This document shows, in pieces, positions 10,341-18,104 of a stretch of DNA of 64,000 nt. Source of the stretch: an uncultured delta proteobacterium (lineage in GTDB: Bacteria > Desulfobacterota > Binatia > Binatales > Binataceae); assembly GCA_963711565.1 (NCBI GenBank), contig CAVQEQ010000003.1:1088001-1152000 (forward strand), in the 5' to 3' direction. The stretch's first letter is position 1; each line of letters opens with the position of its first letter. The position numbers and the translations under genes are program-made. The notes under the pieces were generated by a model. That model made no database searches, was not told the origin of the DNA, and was given only the letters and a program-made list of their open reading frames with translations.

Positions 10341-11561
10341 ATGAAGTTCGGAATTTTCATGGCCCCTTTCCACCGCGTCGGCGAAAACCCGACCCTCTGC
10401 TTCGAGCGCGACATGCAGCTGATTGAGTGGCTCGACCAACTCGGCTACGAAGAGGCGTTCATCGGCGAGCATCATTCGTCGGGATGGGAAATCATCTCGT
10501 CGCCGGAAATCTTCATGGCGGTCGCTGCGACGCGCACCCGGCACATCATGCTCGGCTCCGGCGTGGTCAGCATCCCGTATCATCACCCCTTCCACGTCGC
10601 CAACCGCTTCGCTCTGCTCGACCATCTGACGCGCGGGCGCGTGATGCTCGGATGCGGTCCGGGCGCGCTGGCGGCCGACGCGCACATGCAGGGGATAGAT
10701 TCGACCACCCAGCGCAAGCGGATGGTCGAGGGCGTCAGCGCGATCCTACGGCTGTTCAACGAGCAGGGCAAAATCTCGATCGACGGCTCGTACTTCAAAC
10801 TGGTCGATGCGCACTTGCAGGTGAAGCCATTTCAGCAGCCGCATATGCCGATCTTCGTTGCGAGCACGATTTCGCCGTCGGGGATGGTCGCGGCGGGACA
10901 GCTCGGATGCGGCGTGTTGTCGGTCGCCTCATACGCGCCGGGCGGCCTGGACGATCTGATGAAGCGCTGGGCGATGGCGGAAGAGTCGGCGGCTGAGCAC
11001 GGCAAGACCGTCGATCGCAAAAACTGGCGGATGGTTTTCCCGATTCATCTCGCGGAGACGCGCGAACAGGCGATGAACGATATTCGCGACGGCGCCAACT
11101 CGTGGATTCGCGAGTACTTCATCGACACGCTCGGCACACGAGTCCAATTCGAGGAATATCCGAATCAGCCGATCGAGGAGATGAATATCGATCGGATGAA
11201 CGGGCGCGGCGGCATTATCGTCGGAACGCCGGACGACGCGATCGCGAGAATCAAGGAACTGCAGCAAGCGACCGGCGGCTTCGGGGGCATCCTTGGGCTC
11301 GCGCACGAATGGACGACCCGCGAAAAGACGCTGCGCTCGTACGAGCTGTTCGCGCGCTACGTCGCGCCGCAATTCCAGGGGCAGGTCGCCGAGGGCATCA
11401 AGTACTCGAACGACTGGGCGCGCGAGAATCGCGACCTGATGTTCGGCAAGGCCGTCGCGGGAATTCTAACCGCAGTACAAGACTACGCGCAGCACAAAGT
11501 CGAAAAGGGCGAACCAGTCCCCGACGTGATGACCCAGCCGGGCACCCGCATCCGCCCGTAG
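10341..11561 (+). CDS. LLM-class flavin-dependent monooxygenase (limonene monooxygenase-like)
   Basis: FGIFMAPFH, GEHHS, LDHLTRGRVMLGCGPG; AGGAG RBS. Confidence 0.88.
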   Translation: MKFGIFMAPFHRVGENPTLCFERDMQLIEWLDQLGYEEAFIGEHHSSGWEIISSPEIFMAVAATRTRHIMLGSGVVSIPYHHPFHVANRFALLDHLTRGRVMLGCGPGALAADAHMQGIDSTTQRKRMVEGVSAILRLFNEQGKISIDGSYFKLVDAHLQVKPFQQPHMPIFVASTISPSGMVAAGQLGCGVLSVASYAPGGLDDLMKRWAMAEESAAEHGKTVDRKNWRMVFPIHLAETREQAMNDIRDGANSWIREYFIDTLGTRVQFEEYPNQPIEEMNIDRMNGRGGIIVGTPDDAIARIKELQQATGGFGGILGLAHEWTTREKTLRSYELFARYVAPQFQGQVAEGIKYSNDWARENRDLMFGKAVAGILTAVQDYAQHKVEKGEPVPDVMTQPGTRIRP

Positions 11562-11731
11562 CGAGGTGTTGAAAAAAAAGCCCGTTGAGCATCGGTTTCG
11601 ATTTCAAGTGTCTCAGCACCTGCGTTAATTTCTCGCTTGCGACCATCTATACCGGATGCCAAGCGTGGATCCTGCGATAAGCCTTGGCGCGGCAGACAGG
11701 TAAACATTGGGTCGCAAGAGGTCGTGCAAGA

Positions 11732-12706
11732 GTGCCTTCTGACAATCAAAATCGAGGTGTCAACAGGACCAAGCCAGACCGCTGGAAGGCTGACATCCTT
11801 CAATCGGTCGACATGTACAACGATTGGTTTCTGAAATTCGCACCCGCTGCCTACCGCAAAACACGCGTCGAGACGACCAAGGACGTTGAATCGACTCTCG
11901 TTAAAACGGAAAACCTGACGGACGTGAGTGCGGTTGTATTGAGGCGAGAGCCCCGCGTCCTGCCGACATTGCGCATGTCGTGCTGCCCGCCCCTTGCGGT
12001 TGACAGGTTGATAGGTCTGGCAGGCGTATCGCGCAATCTAGTCGGCTGCATGGAAAAAGGAAGTATTCCCGCGTTAGTCAGCACAGCGCTGCTTGAAAAA
12101 GGTCTCAATAAGATTGGCGCTATCATTGAGCGAATGGCCGATCCGGATATTTTTGTATGGCTCGGCCGCAGAGCGGCCGCAACGGAGTCTGAGATACATC
12201 GCGCGGCAACGATAGTGGCTGACCGTTTGTGTGGATCTGTAGCAAATCCAATTATCCGCAATGCCCAGGAGAAGCGCCAGCTCGCGGCAATTGGAGCATG
12301 GCTACAAACGCGCGGTTATCGTGCACTCCCACCGAAGATTAAATTCGACGCTATGCCCCCTGGCACTTTCGGCTTCCGTCTGAACGTGCCGGTTAAGGTG
12401 GGAGGTCTTGCATTGATGACCAATCTCCCTGTTGACACTGTGGTCATGCCGAAAAAGGGGAAGGCAGGCGAACTGCCACTGCTGATCGAGGCGAAGTCGG
12501 CAGGCGACTACACCAACGTGAACAAACGCCGCAAAGAAGAGGGCGCCAAAATGAGTCAACTGCGCGCCACCTACGGCGCGCGGGTTCGCTTCATCCTGTT
12601 CCTGTGCGGATACTTCGATAGCGGTTACCTTGGATACGAGGCGGCAGAGGGCATCGATTGGGTGTGGGAGCACCGGATCGATGAACTCGCCAAGTTTGGG
12701 TTGTAG
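11732..12706 (+). CDS. XamI-family type II restriction endonuclease
   Basis: WKADILQSVDMYNDWF, NPIIRNAQEKRQL, PVD...IEAKSAGDYTNVNKRRKEE (PD-ExK), GIDWVWEH; start uncertain (11684 or 11732). Confidence 0.85.
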   Translation: MPSDNQNRGVNRTKPDRWKADILQSVDMYNDWFLKFAPAAYRKTRVETTKDVESTLVKTENLTDVSAVVLRREPRVLPTLRMSCCPPLAVDRLIGLAGVSRNLVGCMEKGSIPALVSTALLEKGLNKIGAIIERMADPDIFVWLGRRAAATESEIHRAATIVADRLCGSVANPIIRNAQEKRQLAAIGAWLQTRGYRALPPKIKFDAMPPGTFGFRLNVPVKVGGLALMTNLPVDTVVMPKKGKAGELPLLIEAKSAGDYTNVNKRRKEEGAKMSQLRATYGARVRFILFLCGYFDSGYLGYEAAEGIDWVWEHRIDELAKFGL

Positions 12707-12708
12707 GA

Positions 12709-14289
12709 ATGGATGAGATATCGGCAATAGAATTACGCCGAGTCGCCCTTCAGGAAGAACTAGACGGGGGCAAAACACAGAAAGAGCGCAATCGCTTGGG
12801 GCAGTTCGGGACACCGACACTGCTTGCTTCTGATATGTTGGCGCACGCGCGCACGCTGGTCCCGGACGATACGCCAGTGCGGTTCCTGGATCCCGCGATT
12901 GGCACCGGTTCTTTTTATGCGGCGCTGTTGCGCCACTTCAGGGCAGAACGGATCGAGGTTGCGGTAGGGATCGAAGTTGACCCTCACTACGGCAATGCCG
13001 CGCGCGAACTCTGGCAAGGTCACGGGCTCAAAATCGAGCTCAACGACTTTACGACCATGAAGCCTCCCGTCGCAGCGAGACGCTTCAACCTCATAATCTC
13101 CAATCCGCCCTATGTCCGACACCATCACATGGGAGTGAATGAAAAGGGACGTTTACAAGCCGCTACAACTACCGCCTCTGGCATCCGGATGGCAGGCCTA
13201 ACCGGGTTGTATTGTTACTTCCTGGGGTTGGCGCATGCGTGGTTAGAGGATGATGGAATCGCAGGATGGTTGATCCCCAGCGAATTCATGGACGTCAACT
13301 ATGGCGGGCCAGTAAAGCGCTATCTGCTCAATAAAGTTCAGTTGCTCCGCGTTCATCGGTTCGATCCAAAAGATCTGCAATTCGGAGATGCGCTTGTCTC
13401 TTCGGCGGTGGTCTGGTTTCGCAAACGCCGCGCGGAGTCTGGACACCAAGTGGAATTGACTTATGGAGGTACGCTTTCGCGACCAACTCACTCGCGACTT
13501 GTGTCTGCCTCGGCCCTCCAAAATGAAAGGAAGTGGACGGGGTTGGCGAAGGCCGGACTGAAGGAGCCGACCGAAGGATTTCGACTTGCGGATTTCTTCT
13601 CAATCAAGCGCGGCCTAGCCACTGGCGACAACGGATTTTTCATTCTGTCGCGCGCAGAGATCGAACAACACGAACTGCCGATTGAATTTTTCAAACCGAT
13701 CTTGCCGGGGCCCCGTTTTCTTCCTTCAGACGTGATCGAATCCGAAGCTAACGGGGTACCTAAGATTGAGCGGCGCCAGTTCATCCTCGATTGTCGGCTG
13801 CCGGAAGATAAGGTGCGCGAGCAATTTCCTAAGCTATGGGCATATCTGAAAACCGGCAAGTCAAAGGTGTCCGATACTTATTTGTGCAGCCGCCGAAATC
13901 CCTGGTATTCGCAGGAAACGCGTCCGCCGGCACCGTTCGTTTGCACTTACATGGGCCGGGGCCTCTCGAAGCGAGAGAAACCATTTCGTTTCATTCTCAA
14001 TCGTTCGCAGGCAACAGCCGCAAATGTCTATCTGATGCTCTATCCAGTTCCTGCGCTGGCGAAAGCTCTCGAGGCTGCTCCCGAACTAGCGCGCCAAATT
14101 TGGGAATTTCTGAATTCGATTCCCTCTGAAACTCTTCTCGGAGAGGGCCGGGTCTATGGGGGTGGGCTCTACAAGATGGAACCGAAAGAGCTGGCTAACG
14201 TACCTGCGGACGCAATCGCGGCGCTACTGCCGACGACGGAGCGACAGCCCCCCAAGCAACGCGAGATGTTTCCGAAACGGGCTGTATAG
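12709..14289 (+). CDS. N6-adenine DNA methyltransferase (gamma class), cognate of the XamI-family endonuclease
   Basis: GQFGTP, motif I FLDPAIGTG, motif IV NPPY; 2 nt after the endonuclease gene. Confidence 0.9.
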   Translation: MDEISAIELRRVALQEELDGGKTQKERNRLGQFGTPTLLASDMLAHARTLVPDDTPVRFLDPAIGTGSFYAALLRHFRAERIEVAVGIEVDPHYGNAARELWQGHGLKIELNDFTTMKPPVAARRFNLIISNPPYVRHHHMGVNEKGRLQAATTTASGIRMAGLTGLYCYFLGLAHAWLEDDGIAGWLIPSEFMDVNYGGPVKRYLLNKVQLLRVHRFDPKDLQFGDALVSSAVVWFRKRRAESGHQVELTYGGTLSRPTHSRLVSASALQNERKWTGLAKAGLKEPTEGFRLADFFSIKRGLATGDNGFFILSRAEIEQHELPIEFFKPILPGPRFLPSDVIESEANGVPKIERRQFILDCRLPEDKVREQFPKLWAYLKTGKSKVSDTYLCSRRNPWYSQETRPPAPFVCTYMGRGLSKREKPFRFILNRSQATAANVYLMLYPVPALAKALEAAPELARQIWEFLNSIPSETLLGEGRVYGGGLYKMEPKELANVPADAIAALLPTTERQPPKQREMFPKRAV

Positions 14290-14338
14290 AATCGAGAGAA
14301 GGTTTCGGACGGCTGCAGAGCTTGGATGATTTGCGCGC

Positions 14339-14408
14339 TCGGTGCTACTCACAAAGCTAGCCAGCATCGAGAGGAATGCACCGATGGACCATACCGAGAT
14401 ATCCCGCG
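14339..14408 (+). repeat. Diverged duplicate of the M20 gene upstream region and start (copy 1)
   Basis: tcggtgctactcacaa...gcatcgagagga...ccgatggac...ga(g/a)ata.cccgcg matches 15685-15756. Confidence 0.85.
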
Positions 14409-14433
14409 TGTTCGACCCGCATCCGCCCGTAGC

Positions 14434-15267
14434 ATGAGCGACGATGTTCCATTTGCGGTGCGGCGCGGCGAGCTGATCGAGCGCGCCGTCGCGATTTTAT
14501 CCACTGATGCGCGCTTTCCGGCGGGGTGGCTCGAAGGGAGTCTCGCAGACGGTTCCGCGGACTCGTACTCCGATATCGATTTGCATCTTTGCGTTATCGA
14601 GAGCGCGTGGGACGAGGTGTGGAACGCGCGGCGCCGCGAGATCGAGCGGGTCGCGCCGATCCTTGCGTCGGCCGATATCATGGGCGCGTTCGGCGTCGGC
14701 TGTTTGATCGAGGGGCCGGTGAAGCTCGACGTCTTCTTTGAGCGCGAAGCCGGTCTGGCGTCGAGACCGCGCATCGCAGTGAAGCGGCTTTGGGGTAACC
14801 ACGAAATTTACGAGCGCTTCAAAATCGGCGACGACTTGGGTGACGCCGCAATTGCGCGCGCACTCGAATCCAACCTGCTGGGATTTCTGCAGGGTGCGAC
14901 CTGGCCCGTGAGAATCCTCGCGCGCGGGCAAATCAACACCTTCCTGTTCAACGAAATACTGCTGGTCGAGACTGCAATCGTCCCGCTGATGCTATTAGAA
15001 ACCGATCGCCGCGCGTTTCATCGCAACATGTTCACGCGCGCGAAGCTGATCTCGCTTGCTCAGCGCGACGAATGCGGGCGGCTTGTCGGTCGAATCGAAA
15101 CGTCGGTGCTCAAGGCCGATCGCGCGGCGATGCGCGACGTGCATATCGAGATTTTCCGCAAGATCTGCGAACTTGCGAGGGCAGCATTCGCCCGCTACGG
15201 TCTCGAGTTCCCGCCGAGAGTCGAAAATGAAATGATCGCCTTCTACAAACGCGAGTGGCCAGTGTGA
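14434..15267 (+). CDS. Pol-beta superfamily nucleotidyltransferase (resembles aminoglycoside/lincosamide adenylyltransferases)
   Basis: GSLADGSADSYSDIDL motif, third Asp in KLDVFF, helical C-terminal domain. Confidence 0.75.
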   Translation: MSDDVPFAVRRGELIERAVAILSTDARFPAGWLEGSLADGSADSYSDIDLHLCVIESAWDEVWNARRREIERVAPILASADIMGAFGVGCLIEGPVKLDVFFEREAGLASRPRIAVKRLWGNHEIYERFKIGDDLGDAAIARALESNLLGFLQGATWPVRILARGQINTFLFNEILLVETAIVPLMLLETDRRAFHRNMFTRAKLISLAQRDECGRLVGRIETSVLKADRAAMRDVHIEIFRKICELARAAFARYGLEFPPRVENEMIAFYKREWPV

Positions 15268-15279
15268 GAGGAGGAAATC

Positions 15280-15675
15280 ATGGCTGATGAAAGTCGTCTC
15301 CGAAACCTGCGGATCGCGCTGATCCTGGTCGGCGTGATTTTTATCCTCGGAATTTATCCGCTGATGATCATCTGGCCGTCGGGCTGGACGTGGCACACGG
15401 GTCATTCGGACTACCCGCTGATGATCGTCGGCATCTACGCGACCCTCGGCGTGTTCCTCATTATGGCGTCGCGCGACCCGCTCGAAAATCTCAGCCTGAT
15501 CTGGTTCACGGTCTGGTCGAGCGTCGTCCATGCCGTAATCATGGCCGGCCAAGCTCTTGAGATGCCTGAACATCATGGACACCTGCTCGGCGACGTGCCC
15601 GCGCTCTTGATCGTCGCGATATTGCTGGCGGCACTGACTCCGCGCGGTGGCTTGGCGGAGAGCAGGGTTGGATAG
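15280..15675 (+). CDS. Four-TM membrane protein (DUF6632-like)
   Basis: WPSGWTW, GIYATLG, WSSVVH, HLLGDVP; GAGGAGG RBS. Confidence 0.75.
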   Translation: MADESRLRNLRIALILVGVIFILGIYPLMIIWPSGWTWHTGHSDYPLMIVGIYATLGVFLIMASRDPLENLSLIWFTVWSSVVHAVIMAGQALEMPEHHGHLLGDVPALLIVAILLAALTPRGGLAESRVG

Positions 15676-15728
15676 TCCGACTCGTCGGTGCTACTCACAA
15701 TGCTACCTGCATCGAGAGGAGCACGCCG

Positions 15729-16895
15729 ATGGACGCTCACGCCGAAATAGCCCGCGCGATCGATAATTACCGCGACAAGGTCGTCGCGCTCAGCCACGAA
15801 ATCCATGAGCATCCCGAGCTCAAGTTCCAGGAGGTTTTTGCCGCCGGCATCCTGACCAAGGCGGCGACTGAGTTGGGGCTCGAGGTCGAGCGCGAGGTCG
15901 GCGGACTCAAGACCGCGTTTCGTGCCGAGTTCGGCGGCAAGGGTCCGACGGTCGCAATTCTCGCGGAATACGACGCGCTGCCCAACGGACACTCGTGCGG
16001 GCACAACCTGATCGCCGGTGCCGCGTTGAGTGCCGTCGCGGGATTGAAGAGCGTCGCGAGCCAATTGCCGGGGCGAGTCGTTTTTCTTGGCACGCCGGCC
16101 GAAGAGGGCGGCGGCGGAAAAATAATCCTGATCGACAAGGGCGCGCTACGCGGCGTTGACGCGGCCATGATGGCGCATCCGACCGACGCGGAATTCTGCA
16201 CGATGCCCGCGCTCGCCACCCAGCATCTCAAGCTGACGTTTCATGGCCGCGGCGCGCATGCGGCGCTGGCGCCGTGGGACGGCGCGAGCGCGCTGTCCGC
16301 GGTGATCCAGACATTTCAGAGCGTCGATGCGATGCGGCTACACTTGCGCGACGGCTCGCGCATCCACGGCATCATCACCGACGGCGGGCAGGCGGTGAAT
16401 ATCATTCCGGAGCGGACCGAGTGTCTGTTTCTCGCGCGGGCCAAGACCAGCAAGTACGCCAAGGAGATCGGAGCGCGCGTGATCCGATGCGCCGAGGCCG
16501 CCGCGATGGCGACCGGGACCCGCGTCGAGCACGTCGTCGAAGGTGGTTACAAAAACCTGATCAACAATCTCAGCATGGCGCATCGTTACGCGGCGCATAC
16601 CGAGGCGCTCGGAACAAAGTCCGTCGAGGCGCCGGAGAACACGCCCACCGGCAGCACCGACATGGGCGACGTCAGTCACGTGATGCCCGCGATACATCCG
16701 GCGTTCGCGATCGCGCGCCATGGCGAGGGCAATTGCCACGAGGACGCGTTCGTCGTGCACGCCGATTCGAAGCGCGGCTACGACGCGATGATTCGGGTGG
16801 CGAAGGCGATGGCGATGACGGCGTACGATTTGCTCGCGGAGCCGGAGCTGCTGGCGTCGGCAAAAAACGAATTCGAGGCGCGCAGAGAGAGCTGA
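15729..16895 (+). CDS. M20 family amidohydrolase (PM20D2/AbgB-like)
   Basis: HPEL, EYDALP, HSCGHN, PAEEG, GSTDMGDVS. Confidence 0.92.
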   Translation: MDAHAEIARAIDNYRDKVVALSHEIHEHPELKFQEVFAAGILTKAATELGLEVEREVGGLKTAFRAEFGGKGPTVAILAEYDALPNGHSCGHNLIAGAALSAVAGLKSVASQLPGRVVFLGTPAEEGGGGKIILIDKGALRGVDAAMMAHPTDAEFCTMPALATQHLKLTFHGRGAHAALAPWDGASALSAVIQTFQSVDAMRLHLRDGSRIHGIITDGGQAVNIIPERTECLFLARAKTSKYAKEIGARVIRCAEAAAMATGTRVEHVVEGGYKNLINNLSMAHRYAAHTEALGTKSVEAPENTPTGSTDMGDVSHVMPAIHPAFAIARHGEGNCHEDAFVVHADSKRGYDAMIRVAKAMAMTAYDLLAEPELLASAKNEFEARRES

Positions 16896-16914
16896 AGCGA
16901 ATGCTCAGGCGGCG

Positions 16915-17424
16915 GTGAAGGAAAATCAGGGCGCGGTGTACGCTTATCAGATCGAATACTGGACCGTCTTCCTGTCAGTTACGGCCGGTGTCGCGGCAAC
17001 GCTGACAGGTCTCATCTTCGTCGCCATATCCATCAACCTCAGCCGTATCCTCGAGTTCCCGCGACTGGCCGACCGCGCCGCCGAATCAATTCTGCAGATA
17101 CTCGGACCCTTGATCGTATCGATCTGGGCGCTCGTGCCCGGTCAGCCGAGACTGGTGATCGGGATAGGAATGGCTGTGGCAGGATTCGTCCTCTGGATAC
17201 TGCAGACGCTACTTCAGTATCGATCGTTCACGCGAGAACATCCGCGGCCGGTAATATCGATCCTGCTGGGGCAGTCCTCCACGCTTACCTTCCTGATTGC
17301 CGGAATATCGCTTGCTACGGAAACGCTCGGTGGCCTCAACCAATGGCTCGTTCCCGGCGTAATCCTGTCGATCACGGCCGGAGTGTCGAACGCCTGGGTG
17401 TTGCTCGTCGAGATTTTGCGTTGA
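16915..17424 (+). CDS. Multi-pass membrane protein
   Basis: AATLTGLIFVAISIN...NAWVLLVEILR; about five TM segments. Confidence 0.75.
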   Translation: MKENQGAVYAYQIEYWTVFLSVTAGVAATLTGLIFVAISINLSRILEFPRLADRAAESILQILGPLIVSIWALVPGQPRLVIGIGMAVAGFVLWILQTLLQYRSFTREHPRPVISILLGQSSTLTFLIAGISLATETLGGLNQWLVPGVILSITAGVSNAWVLLVEILR

Positions 17425-17428
17425 GGGG

Positions 17429-17683
17429 TTAGTGGCAGCCGCAGCCGCCGCCGCAACATCCGCCGCCTGAGAATCCGCCGCCGCTCGATGTGCCCGAATT
17501 AGCCATCGCCGACACGACCGCCGCGGCGCTGTCGCCATTGCTCGCGCGCGCCGCGAACGTGGACATCTCGCGCCTCAGCTTGGAGCCGTGGCAATGCGGG
17601 CATTGCGCGCTCTCATCGCTGGGACGCACGAACGCCTCGAACGAGCGGTCGCAGTTGATGCATCGGTATTCGTAAATCGGCAT
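17429..17683 (-). CDS. FmdB-family zinc-ribbon protein
   Basis: MPIYEYRCxxC, CPxC, GGCCGGGCGCH tail. Confidence 0.9.
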   Translation of the reverse strand: MPIYEYRCINCDRSFEAFVRPSDESAQCPHCHGSKLRREMSTFAARASNGDSAAAVVSAMANSGTSSGGGFSGGGCCGGGCGCH

Positions 17684-17691
17684 ATCGTTCT

Positions 17692-18096
17692 CTACTCGGC
17701 GGGCGGCTGCGCGTATTCGACCAGCACGCCGCGCGTGGCCTTGGGGTGCAGAAAGCAGATCATGCCCGCCAGGCCCTTGCGAGGATTCTGATCGATTAGC
17801 TGGATACCCTTGCCGCGTGCCGCTTCGAGCTCACGGACAACGTCGTCGGTCTCGAAGCATACGTGATGCAGGCCGCCGCCGCGCCGCGCGAGAAATTTGC
17901 CCACTGCATTCTCCGGGTCGAGCGGCTCGAGCAGTTCGATCTCGCTCTCGCCGGCCTTGAGCAGAGCGGCGCGGACGCCCTGCTCTTCAATCGTGGCGCT
18001 CTTCGTGAAATGCAGGCCGAGCGTGTCGCGCCAGAATTTCAAGCCAGCGTCGAGATTCGGCACGACGACGCCGATGTGGTGAATCTTCTTCAGCAT
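17692..18096 (-). CDS. mce: Methylmalonyl-CoA epimerase
   Basis: IHHIGV, IELLEP, GGLHHVCF, FLHPKATRGVLVE. Confidence 0.85.
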   Translation of the reverse strand: MLKKIHHIGVVVPNLDAGLKFWRDTLGLHFTKSATIEEQGVRAALLKAGESEIELLEPLDPENAVGKFLARRGGGLHHVCFETDDVVRELEAARGKGIQLIDQNPRKGLAGMICFLHPKATRGVLVEYAQPPAE

Positions 18097-18104
18097 CTCA
18101 GCCG

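Noticed and set aside
11562-11625. Imperfect inverted repeat AGGTGTTGAAA...TCTCAGCACCT at the left edge of the R-M pair, as a possible IS end
   Set aside because: No matching end on the other side of the R-M genes and no transposase; it may be just a terminator or repeat remnant.
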